Assembly: GCA_964244895.1 (NCBI GenBank)
Contig: CAXTKV010000027.1
Span: 1 to 22,668 of the forward strand
Origin: an uncultured Deinococcales bacterium
GTDB taxonomy: Bacteria; Deinococcota; Deinococci; Deinococcales; JAAFIG01
Length of the DNA: 22,668 nucleotides
Reading direction: 5' to 3'
In this document: piece by piece, positions 9,373 through 18,179 of the stretch
How positions within the stretch are numbered: the stretch's first letter is position 1
How the letters are laid out: each line of letters opens with the position of its first letter
Notes under the pieces: generated by a model
What the model saw: only the letters and a program-made list of their open reading frames with translations
What the model was told of the DNA's origin: nothing
The model's database searches: none
Made by a program: the position numbers and the translations under genes

Positions 9373-9490
9373 AAAATGTGGGCGGGACCCTTCGGGGCTG
9401 ACACGGTGAGAACACTGTCCTGAACCTGAAAATCCTGATCGCAGTGCGGGTCTACCAGCCCAAAAACGCAATCTCGAGTAGCCTCACGGT

Positions 9491-10264
9491 ATGAAAGACC
9501 GACTCGAAATCGCCCGCAACTGGTTGCCGCGCTACACGGGAATGCCGCTGGACGGCTTCGGCGATTACATCCTCTTGACGAACTTCCAGAATTACCTGGA
9601 AAAGTTCGCCAGCCGCTTCAACTGCGAGATCACCCCGGAAGACCGCCCGATGCGCGCCGCCACCAACAGCGCGGGCTTGAGCCTGATCAACTTCGGCATC
9701 GGCAGCCCGAACGCCGCCACGATCATGGATTTGCTGACCGCCAGAGCGCCCAAAGGCGTGCTGTTCTTAGGGAAATGCGGCGGCTTGAAGCACTCCACGG
9801 AAATAGGGCATTTCATCCTGCCGACCGCCGCCATCCGGGGCGAGGGCACCAGCAACGATTACTTTCCGCCCGAAGTGCCCGCGTTGCCGTCCTTCAAGTT
9901 GCACAAGTTCGTCAGCGACAAGATCGTGGCGCGCGGCCTCGAGTACCGCACCGGTGTGATTTACACCACCAACCGCCGCGTCTGGGAGCACGACGATCAC
10001 TTCAAGGATCGCTTGCACCGCCTGACCTGCATCGGGATCGACATGGAAACCGCGACCGTGTTCATCGTCGGGCACCACAACCAGATCGCTCGGGGGGCGC
10101 TGTTGCTCGTCTCGGACGTGCCGATCACGCCGGATGGCGTGAAAACCGAAGCGTCAGATAAATTGGTGACCCAGAACTGGGCGGACGTTCACCTGGAACT
10201 GGGTATCGAGGCCATGACCGGCATCGGGCAAAGTGGCGAGAAGATCAAGCACTTCACGTACTGA
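9491..10264 (+). CDS. amn: AMP nucleosidase (short, Bacteroidetes/Chlamydia-like type; PNP_UDP_1 fold)
   Basis: NWLPRYTG, YILLTNF, INFGIGSPNAATIMDLL, FLGKCGGL, AIRGEGTSNDY, TTNRRVWE, IDMETAT, LLLVSD. Confidence 0.88.
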   Translation: MKDRLEIARNWLPRYTGMPLDGFGDYILLTNFQNYLEKFASRFNCEITPEDRPMRAATNSAGLSLINFGIGSPNAATIMDLLTARAPKGVLFLGKCGGLKHSTEIGHFILPTAAIRGEGTSNDYFPPEVPALPSFKLHKFVSDKIVARGLEYRTGVIYTTNRRVWEHDDHFKDRLHRLTCIGIDMETATVFIVGHHNQIARGALLLVSDVPITPDGVKTEASDKLVTQNWADVHLELGIEAMTGIGQSGEKIKHFTY

Positions 10265-10299
10265 AGCCGCTGGCTCGAGTCGTGATCCGTAAGCTTCAG

Positions 10300-10349
10300 G
10301 AAAGACCGTTCTGCACGCAAATCGAGATGCGCGTACTGGACGGTGTTCT
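10300..10349. repeat. Palindromic repeat copy 4 (between convergent amn and SDR)
   Basis: GAAAGACCGTTCTGCACGC ... GCGTACTGGACGGTGTTCT. Confidence 0.8.
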
Positions 10350-10369
10350 TGATCATCGCGCCGGGAAGT

Positions 10370-11182
10370 TCAGGCGGTTCGATTCCAGTCCACTTCGAGC
10401 CCTACGAGCTTCCGGCTGAGCGCCCACAGGCGCTCCTGGCCGTCCCGATCGTGAGACAGATCGCTCGAGGTTGCCAGCTTGCCGGAACTGTAAAACGCGC
10501 CGTTCGCGCCCGTGAAAGCCGGATCGAGCGCGAAACGCGCGAAGTCATCGCCGGCTTCCTGCGGTGTGCGCGTGAACGGCATCCGATCCAGCACCCTGAA
10601 CATCAAGCCTTGAAGGCCGGACTGACCGACCATCAGGGTCTGCGGCACGAACCCCGGACAGGCCGCGATGGACACCACGGCTGAACCCTCGAGCCGCCGC
10701 GCCAGCGCGTACGCGAACCACACATTGGCGAGCTTGGTGCGGTTGTAAAACGCGCCCTGATCGTAGGATTTTTCGCCCGCCAGGTTGTCCCAATCGAAAT
10801 CCCTGGTGCGCGCGTGCAGCGTGGACGAAACGGTGATGACCCTGGATGGCGCGGACGCCCAGAGCGCGGGCAGCAGCAAGGCCGTCAACAAAAAATGCCC
10901 CAGGTGGTTCACGCCGAAAAACGTCTCGAAACCGTCGCGCGTCAACTCGAGCCCCTTGAGCGCGTTGATCGGCCCGGCGTTGTTGACGAGCGCGTGGAGC
11001 GGTTGACCCGAAGCAGTGTACGCCGCCGCGAACGCCCGCACGGACTCGAGCGAGGCCAGATCGAGCTTCACGTCCCTGACGGCCAGGATCGCGTGCGCTC
11101 CGCGCGCGACCAGGGCGCGAGCGGTGGCGAAACCGATGCCGCGATTCGCGCCCGTCACGATCACGAAAGGTTTGGGGTTCAT
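10370..11182 (-). CDS. Short-chain dehydrogenase/reductase (retinol-DH/WWOX-like), with an apparent internal in-frame deletion
   Basis: TGANRGIG, LDLASL, LVNNAG, VNHLGHFLLT, VSS, YNRTK (YxxxK). Confidence 0.85.
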   Translation of the reverse strand: MNPKPFVIVTGANRGIGFATARALVARGAHAILAVRDVKLDLASLESVRAFAAAYTASGQPLHALVNNAGPINALKGLELTRDGFETFFGVNHLGHFLLTALLLPALWASAPSRVITVSSTLHARTRDFDWDNLAGEKSYDQGAFYNRTKLANVWFAYALARRLEGSAVVSIAACPGFVPQTLMVGQSGLQGLMFRVLDRMPFTRTPQEAGDDFARFALDPAFTGANGAFYSSGKLATSSDLSHDRDGQERLWALSRKLVGLEVDWNRTA

Positions 11183-11232
11183 GCCCGGAAGTCTATCCGG
11201 TCAGGCTCGCCGCCTCCGAAACCGCAATCACA

Positions 11233-11282
11233 GGAAGACCGTCCTGCACGCAACCTGAGATTCACGTCCCGGACGGTCTTCT
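11233..11282. repeat. Palindromic repeat copy 5 (between divergent SDR and peptidase)
   Basis: GAAGACCGTCCTGCACG ... CGTCCCGGACGGTCTTC. Confidence 0.85.
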
Positions 11283-11324
11283 TAAAACGCGAGGTGCATT
11301 CCAGCTCCCGTCGGATCGCCTGCG

Positions 11325-11330
11325 TATAAT
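11325..11330 (+). promoter_or_regulatory. -10 element TATAAT, 7 nt before GTG start (leaderless)
   Basis: Perfect TATAAT; no Shine-Dalgarno before GTG 11338. Confidence 0.7.
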
Positions 11331-11337
11331 CCCGCCC

Positions 11338-13386
11338 GTGACCACCCAAACCGACCCGTACTTGTGGCTCGAGGCCGTCGAGGACGAACGCGCCCTCGCC
11401 TGGGTGCGAGAGCAGAACGCCATCTCGGAAGCTGAACTCGAGGCCAGACCGGAGTTCGAGCCGATCCGCTCGAGGCTCCTCTCGATCCTGAACTCCGAGG
11501 CGCGCATCCCGATCCTGGGCAAGCACGGTGCGCACTACTACAACTTCTGGCGCGACGCGGCGAACCCGCGCGGCCTGTGGCGGCGCACGACGCTGGAAAG
11601 CTACCGCACGCCGAACCCGGAATGGGAAATCGTTCTGAACCTGGATGCGCTGGCCGCGCAGGAAAACGAGAACTGGGTCTTCACCGGCGTCGAATACTGC
11701 CCGCCCGGTGATCGCCGCGCCCTGATCCGCCTCTCCAGGGGCGGTGCGGACGCCGTGGTCGTGCGCGAGTTCGACCTGGACACGAAAACATTCGTGGCGG
11801 ACGGCTTCAACCTTCCCGAAGCCAAAATCTGGATCAGTTGGCGCAACCAGGACTCGATCTTCGTCGGCACGGATTTCGGGCCGGGATCGCAGACTGCATC
11901 CGGTTACCCGCGCCTCGTCAAGATCTGGAATCGCGGGCAGCCACTGACGGACGCTCAGACGATCTTCGAGGGTCAGACCGACGATGTCTGGGCCTTCGGC
12001 TACCACACCGACGACGCCGAATTCCCGCGCGAATTCGTGGTGCGCGGCGTGAGCTTTTTTACCAACGAAACCCGTCTGGTCAGCGACGGCGATCTGGTCA
12101 AGCTCGAGAAACCCGACGATGCCCAGATCGCCACCTGGCGCGAGTTCGCGCTGGTGGAAACCAAAACCGATTGGGTCATTGATGGCCGCACGTACCTGCA
12201 AGGTTCCTTGCTGGCGATCAAGCTCGAGGATTTCCTGAAAGGTTCCAGGGATTTCGAGGTGCTGTTTTCCCCGACCGAACGCAAATCCCTGCTGGATTAC
12301 TCGAGCACGAGACACTTCTTGCTGCTGAACGAACTCGAGAACGTGCGCCACACGATTCACGCCCTCGAGCACGCGGACGGTGCCTGGGTCAGACGTACAC
12401 TACCGACGCCCGAATTCGGTCAGGTGAGCGTCTGGCCGGTCGAACCGACCGTCACTGACGCGTACTGGATGGAGGTCACGGATTACCTGACGCCATCCAG
12501 CCTGTACATCGGGAACGTCGGCGGTGCCCCGGAATTGCTCAAGCAACTCCCCGCTTTCTTCGATGCGTCCGGGCTCGAGACGAAGCAGTTCGAGGCGATA
12601 TCCAAAGATGGCACGCGCATCCCGTATTTCCTGGTCAGTCGCGAGGACATCAAGCTGGACGGCTCGAACCCCACGCTGCTGTACGGCTACGGCGGCTTCG
12701 AGGTTTCACAACTGCCGCAGTATTCCGCCGGAATCGGTTCCTCGTGGCTCGAGAGTCGCGCTGGTCGTTCCCAGCGCGCATGGAAAGGTGGCGTCTTCGT
12801 GGTGGCCAACATTCGCGGCGGCGGCGAGTTCGGCCCGCGCTGGCACCGCGCTGCCCTGCGAGAGAACCGCCAGCGCGCCTACGACGACTTCATCGCGGTC
12901 GCCGAAGACCTGATCGCCAGGGGCGTGACATCACCATCTCACCTGGGCATTCAGGGCGGCAGCAACGGCGGGTTGCTGATGGGCGCGATGCTGACGCAAC
13001 GCCCGGACCTGTTCAAAGCCGTCGTCTGCCAGGTTCCCCTGCTGGACATGCGCCGCTACCACCTGCTGCTGGCGGGCGCGTCCTGGATGGAAGAATACGG
13101 CGATCCGGACAAGCCCGAAGACTGGGCCTTCATCCAAAAATATTCCCCGTACCAGAACCTTCGTGACGGCGTGAAATACCCGCGCGTGCTGTTCACCACC
13201 TCCACCCGAGACGACCGCGTTCACCCCGGACACGCCCGCAAGATGTTCGCCCGCATGAAGGACATGGGCCTCGACGCGCTGTACTTTGAAAACATCGAAG
13301 GCGGTCACGGCGGTGCGGCCAACAACGACCAGGCCGCGTACATGAACGCCCTGGCGCACACGTTCTTGATTCAAGAATTGGAATGA
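11338..13386 (+). CDS. Prolyl oligopeptidase (peptidase S9A)
   Basis: DPYLWLE, YGYGGF, ANIRGGGEFG, GGSNGG (Ser), DDRV (Asp), GGHG (His). Confidence 0.93.
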   Translation: MTTQTDPYLWLEAVEDERALAWVREQNAISEAELEARPEFEPIRSRLLSILNSEARIPILGKHGAHYYNFWRDAANPRGLWRRTTLESYRTPNPEWEIVLNLDALAAQENENWVFTGVEYCPPGDRRALIRLSRGGADAVVVREFDLDTKTFVADGFNLPEAKIWISWRNQDSIFVGTDFGPGSQTASGYPRLVKIWNRGQPLTDAQTIFEGQTDDVWAFGYHTDDAEFPREFVVRGVSFFTNETRLVSDGDLVKLEKPDDAQIATWREFALVETKTDWVIDGRTYLQGSLLAIKLEDFLKGSRDFEVLFSPTERKSLLDYSSTRHFLLLNELENVRHTIHALEHADGAWVRRTLPTPEFGQVSVWPVEPTVTDAYWMEVTDYLTPSSLYIGNVGGAPELLKQLPAFFDASGLETKQFEAISKDGTRIPYFLVSREDIKLDGSNPTLLYGYGGFEVSQLPQYSAGIGSSWLESRAGRSQRAWKGGVFVVANIRGGGEFGPRWHRAALRENRQRAYDDFIAVAEDLIARGVTSPSHLGIQGGSNGGLLMGAMLTQRPDLFKAVVCQVPLLDMRRYHLLLAGASWMEEYGDPDKPEDWAFIQKYSPYQNLRDGVKYPRVLFTTSTRDDRVHPGHARKMFARMKDMGLDALYFENIEGGHGGAANNDQAAYMNALAHTFLIQELE

Positions 13387-13442
13387 ACACCGTCCAGCAC
13401 GCGAGCATTTGATCTCGAGAAAATGCGTGTAGGACGGTGTTC
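13385..13442. repeat. Palindromic repeat copy 6 (overlaps the peptidase stop codon)
   Basis: GAACACCGTCCAGCACGC ... GCGTGTAGGACGGTGTTC. Confidence 0.88.
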
Positions 13443-13484
13443 CTGTCATTGCGCCATCTTTTTCATCGGTGCTAGACTCGAACC

Positions 13485-14060
13485 ATGACCCTCAAGGTGC
13501 GCTACACCGCCACCGACCTTGAATTGTTCCCCGACGACGGCCTTCGCCGCGAGGTCATCGGAGGTGAACTGTTCATGCCGCCCGCGCCCAGCTCGCTTCA
13601 CCAACGCGCTGTGAAAATCCTTCTTTGGGAAATTGAAGCCCACCTTCGATCGTTCAATGAACCTCCAGGTGAGGTATTCATCGCTCCACTCGACGTGATC
13701 CTGGGTTTAGATGGCGTGCAACCCGACCTGATCTACATCTCCAACGACCGTGCGCACTTCATCACCGCGAAGAACGTGGCTGGCCCGCCCGACTGGGCCA
13801 TCGAGATTCTGTCCACCGACCGCAAATACGATCTCGAGACGAAACGCAGCCTGTACCAACGCTCCGGCGTGATCGCGTACTGGGCGGTTGACCTCGAATC
13901 CGAGCGCGTCCACACCTGGGAATGGCGTTCCGGCACGGAAGCGATCCTCGAGCGAGATGCGACCGCCACCGTCAGTGTGCTGCCCGGTCTCGAGATTCGT
14001 CTGTCTGAGCTTTTCGACAAGATCGAAGCGTTGCGCCGCGCGGTTCGATCGAAAGAATAA
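13485..14060 (+). CDS. Uma2 (DUF820) family PD-(D/E)XK nuclease-like protein
   Basis: EVIGGELFMPPAP...HQ, VQPDL, PDWAIEILS, K...Y...GV..YWAVD. Confidence 0.9.
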   Translation: MTLKVRYTATDLELFPDDGLRREVIGGELFMPPAPSSLHQRAVKILLWEIEAHLRSFNEPPGEVFIAPLDVILGLDGVQPDLIYISNDRAHFITAKNVAGPPDWAIEILSTDRKYDLETKRSLYQRSGVIAYWAVDLESERVHTWEWRSGTEAILERDATATVSVLPGLEIRLSELFDKIEALRRAVRSKE

Positions 14061-14115
14061 CACCGTCCAGCACGCAAGAATTGAAACTCTAGAAAATGCG
14101 TATGGGACGGTGTTC
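14059..14115. repeat. Palindromic repeat copy 7 (overlaps the Uma2 stop codon)
   Basis: AACACCGTCCAGCACGCA ... TGCGTATGGGACGGTGTTC. Confidence 0.88.
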
Positions 14116-14201
14116 TTGGACTTAGCATTTTTGCACGATTAAAGCTGTTGAACTGGCGACTGCTCTTGACCACCGCACGAGTGACTTAGTAATTTGTTTG
14201 T

Positions 14202-14672
14202 GTGAAGAACGCCCTAGTCCTGCTGTTCGTACTATCCGGTTGCACCCCTGCATTTCAACCACAGAATTTTTCATATAGCGATCACATCTATAGAATTTCA
14301 TCACTGAGTGAAGGAAAAATGCGGGTTTCCAATTCCTTGTCTGATAAATGCAATGTAATTAACACCTCGGCCCGTAAAGTTGCAATTGAAAATGGTTTTG
14401 AATATATGGGCACATATGAAGGGCATTTTTTAGGAAGTTCGTTGGATACAATCGAATATCTGAATTATGCAATTCCACGCTTTACGCCTATAATTCAAAG
14501 TTCAATCCCACAATTTTCCTCCTGGAAGCCGTTGGAATATGGTTATTCTCGAGGCTATCCCCTTGATTTTCGTGATGGTCTTGGTTTGATGCTCGCATAC
14601 GTTATTGATGAAAAACATTCTGAGCTTTCTGGCAGCCGGATTTGTTTTTCTTATTCCTTCAAATATTCTTAA
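14202..14672 (+). CDS. Hypothetical lipoprotein, AT-rich gene
   Basis: MKNALVLLFVLSG-C lipobox; visibly lower GC than flanks; TAATTT 6 nt before GTG. Confidence 0.65.
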   Translation: MKNALVLLFVLSGCTPAFQPQNFSYSDHIYRISSLSEGKMRVSNSLSDKCNVINTSARKVAIENGFEYMGTYEGHFLGSSLDTIEYLNYAIPRFTPIIQSSIPQFSSWKPLEYGYSRGYPLDFRDGLGLMLAYVIDEKHSELSGSRICFSYSFKYS

Positions 14673-14742
14673 ATTTGCATCGCTTTGATCTGGGCTTTCT
14701 CAGCATGGGTGAATGAAGTCTCCTTTGACCCTGACAGCCCGG

Positions 14743-14751
14743 TGCTATACT
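14743..14751 (+). promoter_or_regulatory. Extended -10 (TGcTATACT), 7 nt before secA GTG (leaderless)
   Basis: TGCTATACT-TCCGGGC-GTG; no SD. Confidence 0.7.
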
Positions 14752-14758
14752 TCCGGGC

Positions 14759-17700
14759 GTGCTCGGAATCCTGAACAAACTCTTCGATAACAACGCCAGG
14801 GACGTGACGCGCTTGCAGCGCGATGTCGTCACCAGGGTCAACGCTCTCGAACCGGAAGTGCAAAAAATTGAGGATCTGGCCGCCGAATTCGCCAAGTTGC
14901 GCGAACGCGTGCAGGGCGGGGAATCTCTGGATTCGGTCATGCCGGAAGCGTTCGCGCTGACGCGAGAAGCATCCGTCAGGACGCTCGGGATGCGGCATTT
15001 CGATGTGCAGTTGATCGGCGGGGCGGCTTTGCACGCGGGCCGGATCGCGGAAATGAAGACGGGCGAGGGCAAGACGCTGGTGGCCACGTTGGCGCTCGCG
15101 CTGAACGCGCTGGAGGGCAAAGGCGCGCACTTGGTCACGACCAACGATTACCTGGTCAAAGCGCAGGCGGAACAGATGGGTTTGATCTTCCGCACGCTGG
15201 GCTTGTCCGTCGGGATCATTCAGCAGCCATTGGATCCAGTATCCCGCAAAGCCGCTTACGCCTGCGATATCACGTACATCACGAACTCGGAACTGGGTTT
15301 CGATTACTTGCGCGACAACATGAGCATCAGCGCGGAACAGCTCGTGTTGCGCTCGGATTTTCCCTTGAATTACGCGATCATCGACGAGGTCGATAGCATC
15401 CTGATCGACGAGGCGCGCACGCCGCTGATCATCTCGGGGCCGTCTGAAAAATCGCCCAGCAATTACTACCTGATGGCCAAGCTCGTGCCGCAGCTCGAGA
15501 AGGGCGAACCGGTCGTGCCCGGTGACAAGAACCGTTCGGAACCGACCGGGGATTACACGGTCGATGAGAAGCAAAAACAGGTTCACCTGACGGAAAAAGG
15601 TATTGACACCGCAGAGCAGCTCCTGTCCATCGAGGGCGGGTTGTTCAGCACGGAGCACATGGAACTCGGGCACATGCTGATCAACGCGATCCGCGCCAAG
15701 GAGTTGTACAGCAAGGACAAGGATTACATCGTCGACGAAAAGGGTGAAGTCATCATCGTTGACGAGTTCACGGGCCGTCTGATGGCGGGACGGCGTTACG
15801 GCGACGGCATGCACCAGGCCATCGAAGCCAAGGAGGGCGTGACCATCGCGGGTGAAAACCAGACGTTGGCCACGATCACGTACCAGAATTTTTTCAGGTT
15901 GTATTCCAAGATCGGCGGCATGACGGGCACGGCCAAAACAGAGGAAAAGGAATTCATCGAACTGTACGGCGCGGACGTGCTGGTGATCCCGACCAACCTG
16001 CCGATGATCCGCAAGGACAACGAAGATGTCGTGTACCGCACCGAGATCGGCAAGTTCAAGGCCGTGATCGAAGAGATCGTGGAGCGTTACCAGACGGGCC
16101 AGCCCGTGCTGGTCGGCACGATCAGCATTGAAAAATCCGAATTCTTGTCCCGGATGCTTTCCGAACCCAACCGGTACGTGCAGTTCATCGAGGCCACGGC
16201 GGGCAAGGTGCTCTCGCAGTGCGTCAAGTTGGACGCGGCCAAACTGGAAAGCATCAACAAGCTCCTGAAGGACGCGGGTTCCCTGACGCTGGAAAAAATC
16301 GCGGAGGCCAAACCGTTGGTGCCCAAGAACGCGCTCGAGACCTTCGGGTATCTCGAGCGCGAGGTCAAAACGCTCTCCATGCTCCGCAAGGGCGTCAAGC
16401 ATCAGGTGCTGAACGCCAAGCAGCACGAGCGCGAGGCCGACATCGTGGCGCAGGCGGGGCGTTCGGGCACGGTCACGATCAGCACCAACATGGCGGGGCG
16501 CGGCACGGACATCAAGCTGGGCGGCAACGCGGAATTCGCGGCTTACCAGTACCTGGAGAAAAAAGGCTTGAACCGCTACGATGATTTCGTGGAGTTGTTC
16601 GTGACTTCCGCGATCCGCAACGACCTGGACACGGCCCGCAGCTTCATGGAAAAAATGCCGAAGCTGACCGAGGACGATGTCCAGGAGATCATCAAAACCC
16701 GCGAGGCGTTCAAGGACGACCACGAGAAGGTCAAGGAACTGGGCGGGTTGCACATCATGGGGACGGAACGCCACGAGTCCAGGCGCATCGACAACCAGTT
16801 GCGCGGGCGTTCGGGCCGTCAGGGCGACCCCGGCTCGAGCCGATACTACGTGTCCTTCGAGGATGACCTGATGCGCCTGTTCGCCAACGACCGGATCGTC
16901 GGGATGCTGGATCGGCTCGGCATGGATGATACGCAGCCCATCGAGGCGCGGATGGTCACGAACAGCATCGAGCGCGCGCAAAAACGCGTCGAGGATCGGA
17001 ATTTCTCTATTCGCAAGCAGCTTCTGGAATTCGACAACGTGGCCAGCAAGCAGCGCGAGATCATCTACAAGCAGCGCCGCGAGGTGTTGTTGGGCACGGA
17101 CGAGCAGGTCGCGGAACTGGTGGAAACCATGGTCGGCGATTTTGTGGAGGGTCAGGCCACGCTCAAACTGACCGGCAACGATTCCCACGAGTGGGACGTG
17201 GCGCAACTGCGCGCCAGCTTGGCGGACGCCATGCCGCCCTTCGAGGATTTCGATTTTGAAAGTCTGCGCGATCTGAAATTCGACGACGCCCGGCAGCGCC
17301 TGATGGATAAGGCCGCCGACGCCTTCGAGGGGCGCGAAAAGGAATTCCCCGCCGAGCTCTGGCCGCAACTCGAGCGTTTCGTGGTCTTGCAGATCGTGGA
17401 TCAATACTGGAAAGAGCACCTGAACAGCATGGAAGTGCTGCGCCAGGGCATTTTCTTGCGCGGTTACGGCCAGAAAGACCCGTTCGTGGAGTACAAGTTT
17501 GAAGCCACCAATTTGTTCAACGAGATGATCGAGGGCATCAAGCTGGATGTCACCAAGTACCTGTTCCGCCTGCAGGTCAATTACGATCAGCCCGCCGTGC
17601 CCGCTCAGGTTCAGGATGCGCCCGAAAGCCTCGAGGATGCGCCGCAACCGCAAGCCGCCAACCCGTTCGCGCCTTCTGCCAACCCGTTCATCCGTTCGGG

Positions 17701-17779
17701 TGGCGCGCAGAGCCGCATCCCGAAGCTCTCGCGGCAGGAACGCCGCAAAATGGAGCGCGAGACGAAGAAAAAGAAATAA
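14759..17779 (+). CDS. secA: Preprotein translocase ATPase SecA
   Basis: EMKTGEGKT, IIDEVDSILIDEARTPLIISG, IVDEFTGR, GMTGTA, TNMAGRGTDIKLGG, GTERHESRRIDNQLRGRSGRQGDPG. Confidence 0.98.
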   Translation: MLGILNKLFDNNARDVTRLQRDVVTRVNALEPEVQKIEDLAAEFAKLRERVQGGESLDSVMPEAFALTREASVRTLGMRHFDVQLIGGAALHAGRIAEMKTGEGKTLVATLALALNALEGKGAHLVTTNDYLVKAQAEQMGLIFRTLGLSVGIIQQPLDPVSRKAAYACDITYITNSELGFDYLRDNMSISAEQLVLRSDFPLNYAIIDEVDSILIDEARTPLIISGPSEKSPSNYYLMAKLVPQLEKGEPVVPGDKNRSEPTGDYTVDEKQKQVHLTEKGIDTAEQLLSIEGGLFSTEHMELGHMLINAIRAKELYSKDKDYIVDEKGEVIIVDEFTGRLMAGRRYGDGMHQAIEAKEGVTIAGENQTLATITYQNFFRLYSKIGGMTGTAKTEEKEFIELYGADVLVIPTNLPMIRKDNEDVVYRTEIGKFKAVIEEIVERYQTGQPVLVGTISIEKSEFLSRMLSEPNRYVQFIEATAGKVLSQCVKLDAAKLESINKLLKDAGSLTLEKIAEAKPLVPKNALETFGYLEREVKTLSMLRKGVKHQVLNAKQHEREADIVAQAGRSGTVTISTNMAGRGTDIKLGGNAEFAAYQYLEKKGLNRYDDFVELFVTSAIRNDLDTARSFMEKMPKLTEDDVQEIIKTREAFKDDHEKVKELGGLHIMGTERHESRRIDNQLRGRSGRQGDPGSSRYYVSFEDDLMRLFANDRIVGMLDRLGMDDTQPIEARMVTNSIERAQKRVEDRNFSIRKQLLEFDNVASKQREIIYKQRREVLLGTDEQVAELVETMVGDFVEGQATLKLTGNDSHEWDVAQLRASLADAMPPFEDFDFESLRDLKFDDARQRLMDKAADAFEGREKEFPAELWPQLERFVVLQIVDQYWKEHLNSMEVLRQGIFLRGYGQKDPFVEYKFEATNLFNEMIEGIKLDVTKYLFRLQVNYDQPAVPAQVQDAPESLEDAPQPQAANPFAPSANPFIRSGGAQSRIPKLSRQERRKMERETKKKK

Positions 17780-17794
17780 GTTCTCGAGTACGAA

Positions 17795-17827
17795 GATGCG
17801 GGCGGGGGAGACCTCGCCCGCATTTTT
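17795..17827 (+). terminator. Intrinsic terminator of secA
   Basis: ATGCGGGCGGGG-GAGA-CCTCGCCCGCAT followed by TTTT. Confidence 0.85.
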
Positions 17828-17834
17828 GTCCCAG

Positions 17835-17882
17835 GAACACCGTCCAGGACGCAAATAAAGTTATGCGTGCTGGACGGCGCTT
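17835..17882. repeat. Palindromic repeat copy 8 (left edge of the AT-rich TA island)
   Basis: GAACACCGTCCAGGACGCA ... TGCGTGCTGGACGGCGCTT. Confidence 0.85.
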
Positions 17883-17905
17883 GTAGTAAGTGCGAATAGC
17901 GAAGA

Positions 17906-18178
17906 TTAGCTTTTTCGAGCCTTTGGCTTTGGATTCACTTTTGCGGCATCCGCAGTAATACTAGACGGTTTTTCCGCTTTTTGTAAACCCAGTTTGACTA
18001 TCGGGACTATGGCCGCTGGTACAAGATTTTCAGGAGAATTTGGATCGTTTCCGATATTCGCGGCACCAATTCCAAACTCAACATAAAGTGCCCAAAGTCC
18101 CTCGTGTATTCCTTGGTGTCGGATTAGTGCTTCAACTACTTCCTTATGTGTAAATACGTAGTTAGCAGGTTCTCCCAT
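17906..18178 (-). CDS. Hypothetical 90-aa protein, third gene of the hicAB operon
   Basis: ATG 1 nt after the hicB stop (TAAgATG); globular-looking sequence FTHKEVVEALI..GIHEGLWALYVEFGIGAANIG..PAAIVPIVKLGL; no family recognised. Confidence 0.75.
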   Translation of the reverse strand: MGEPANYVFTHKEVVEALIRHQGIHEGLWALYVEFGIGAANIGNDPNSPENLVPAAIVPIVKLGLQKAEKPSSITADAAKVNPKPKARKS

Positions 18179-18179
18179 C

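Noticed and set aside
16160..16390. SecA insertion as an intein
   Set aside because: Too short, no C-terminal His-Asn or other splicing motifs; fits a lineage-specific helical insertion.
14669..17854. 1061-aa antisense ORF over secA, and other long shadow ORFs (4760-6310, 7496-9415, 11179-12372, 19198-20574, 20723-21754)
   Set aside because: These are mirror frames of high-GC genes with strong codon bias and show no recognisable motifs.
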